Shown piece after piece: positions 63,940-64,000 of a DNA stretch of 64,000 nucleotides. This DNA is from Octopus vulgaris. Taxonomy: Eukaryota. The stretch is taken from positions 68,138,001-68,202,000 of the forward strand of contig OX597824.1 of the NCBI GenBank assembly GCA_951406725.2, given 5' to 3'. A program made the position numbers and the translations under genes. The notes under the pieces were generated by a model that was not told the origin of the DNA, did not search any database, and saw only the letters and a list, made by a program, of their open reading frames with translations. How positions within the stretch are numbered: position 1 is the first letter of the stretch; every line of letters begins with the position of its first letter.

Positions 63940-64000
63940 GTCGTGTTGGCAAATTTGAGTTGGAAAACTGTTACATCAGCAGTGTGTACAGGAGCTGTGT
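63931..64000 (+). CDS. Possible first coding exon of an unidentified gene (runs off the window)
   Basis: aagATGg Kozak context; MAAVVLANLSWKTVTSAVCTGAV is open to the window end. Confidence 0.35.
   Translation, partial: MAAVVLANLSWKTVTSAVCTGAV

Overview
Eukaryotic, AT-rich, microsatellite- and transposon-dense nuclear DNA. It is most consistent with an octopus-like cephalopod, inferred from the gene order of a mitochondrial insertion (cob, trnS2, opposite-strand trnT), TGA=Trp usage, TTAGGG repeats and the SINE types. No prokaryotic features or CRISPR were found. Host genes: the first three coding exons of an SLC22/organic-cation-transporter-like gene on the minus strand (12313 to 6022), and a probable promoter plus first exon at the right edge (63892-64000). 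The rest is repeat-derived: four tRNA-derived SINE families; relics of Tc1, mariner, pogo-MITE, Academ-like, Gypsy, L1/Tx1, RTE, R4-type and Penelope-like elements; and a cytochrome b NUMT interrupted by a SINE. The main observations are: (i) several type I hammerhead ribozyme folds in Penelope-like termini, including an intact GUC-cleaving one and a G3-C8 covariant one; (ii) a 9.2-kb Helitron head-to-tail array that captured and amplified the covariant ribozyme and re-inserted into itself; (iii) a long-TIR element carrying telomeric TTAGGG arrays; (iv) retroelements apparently targeting microsatellites. Coordinates were read by hand and may be off by a few bases. Almost all ORFs in the supplied track are microsatellite artefacts.
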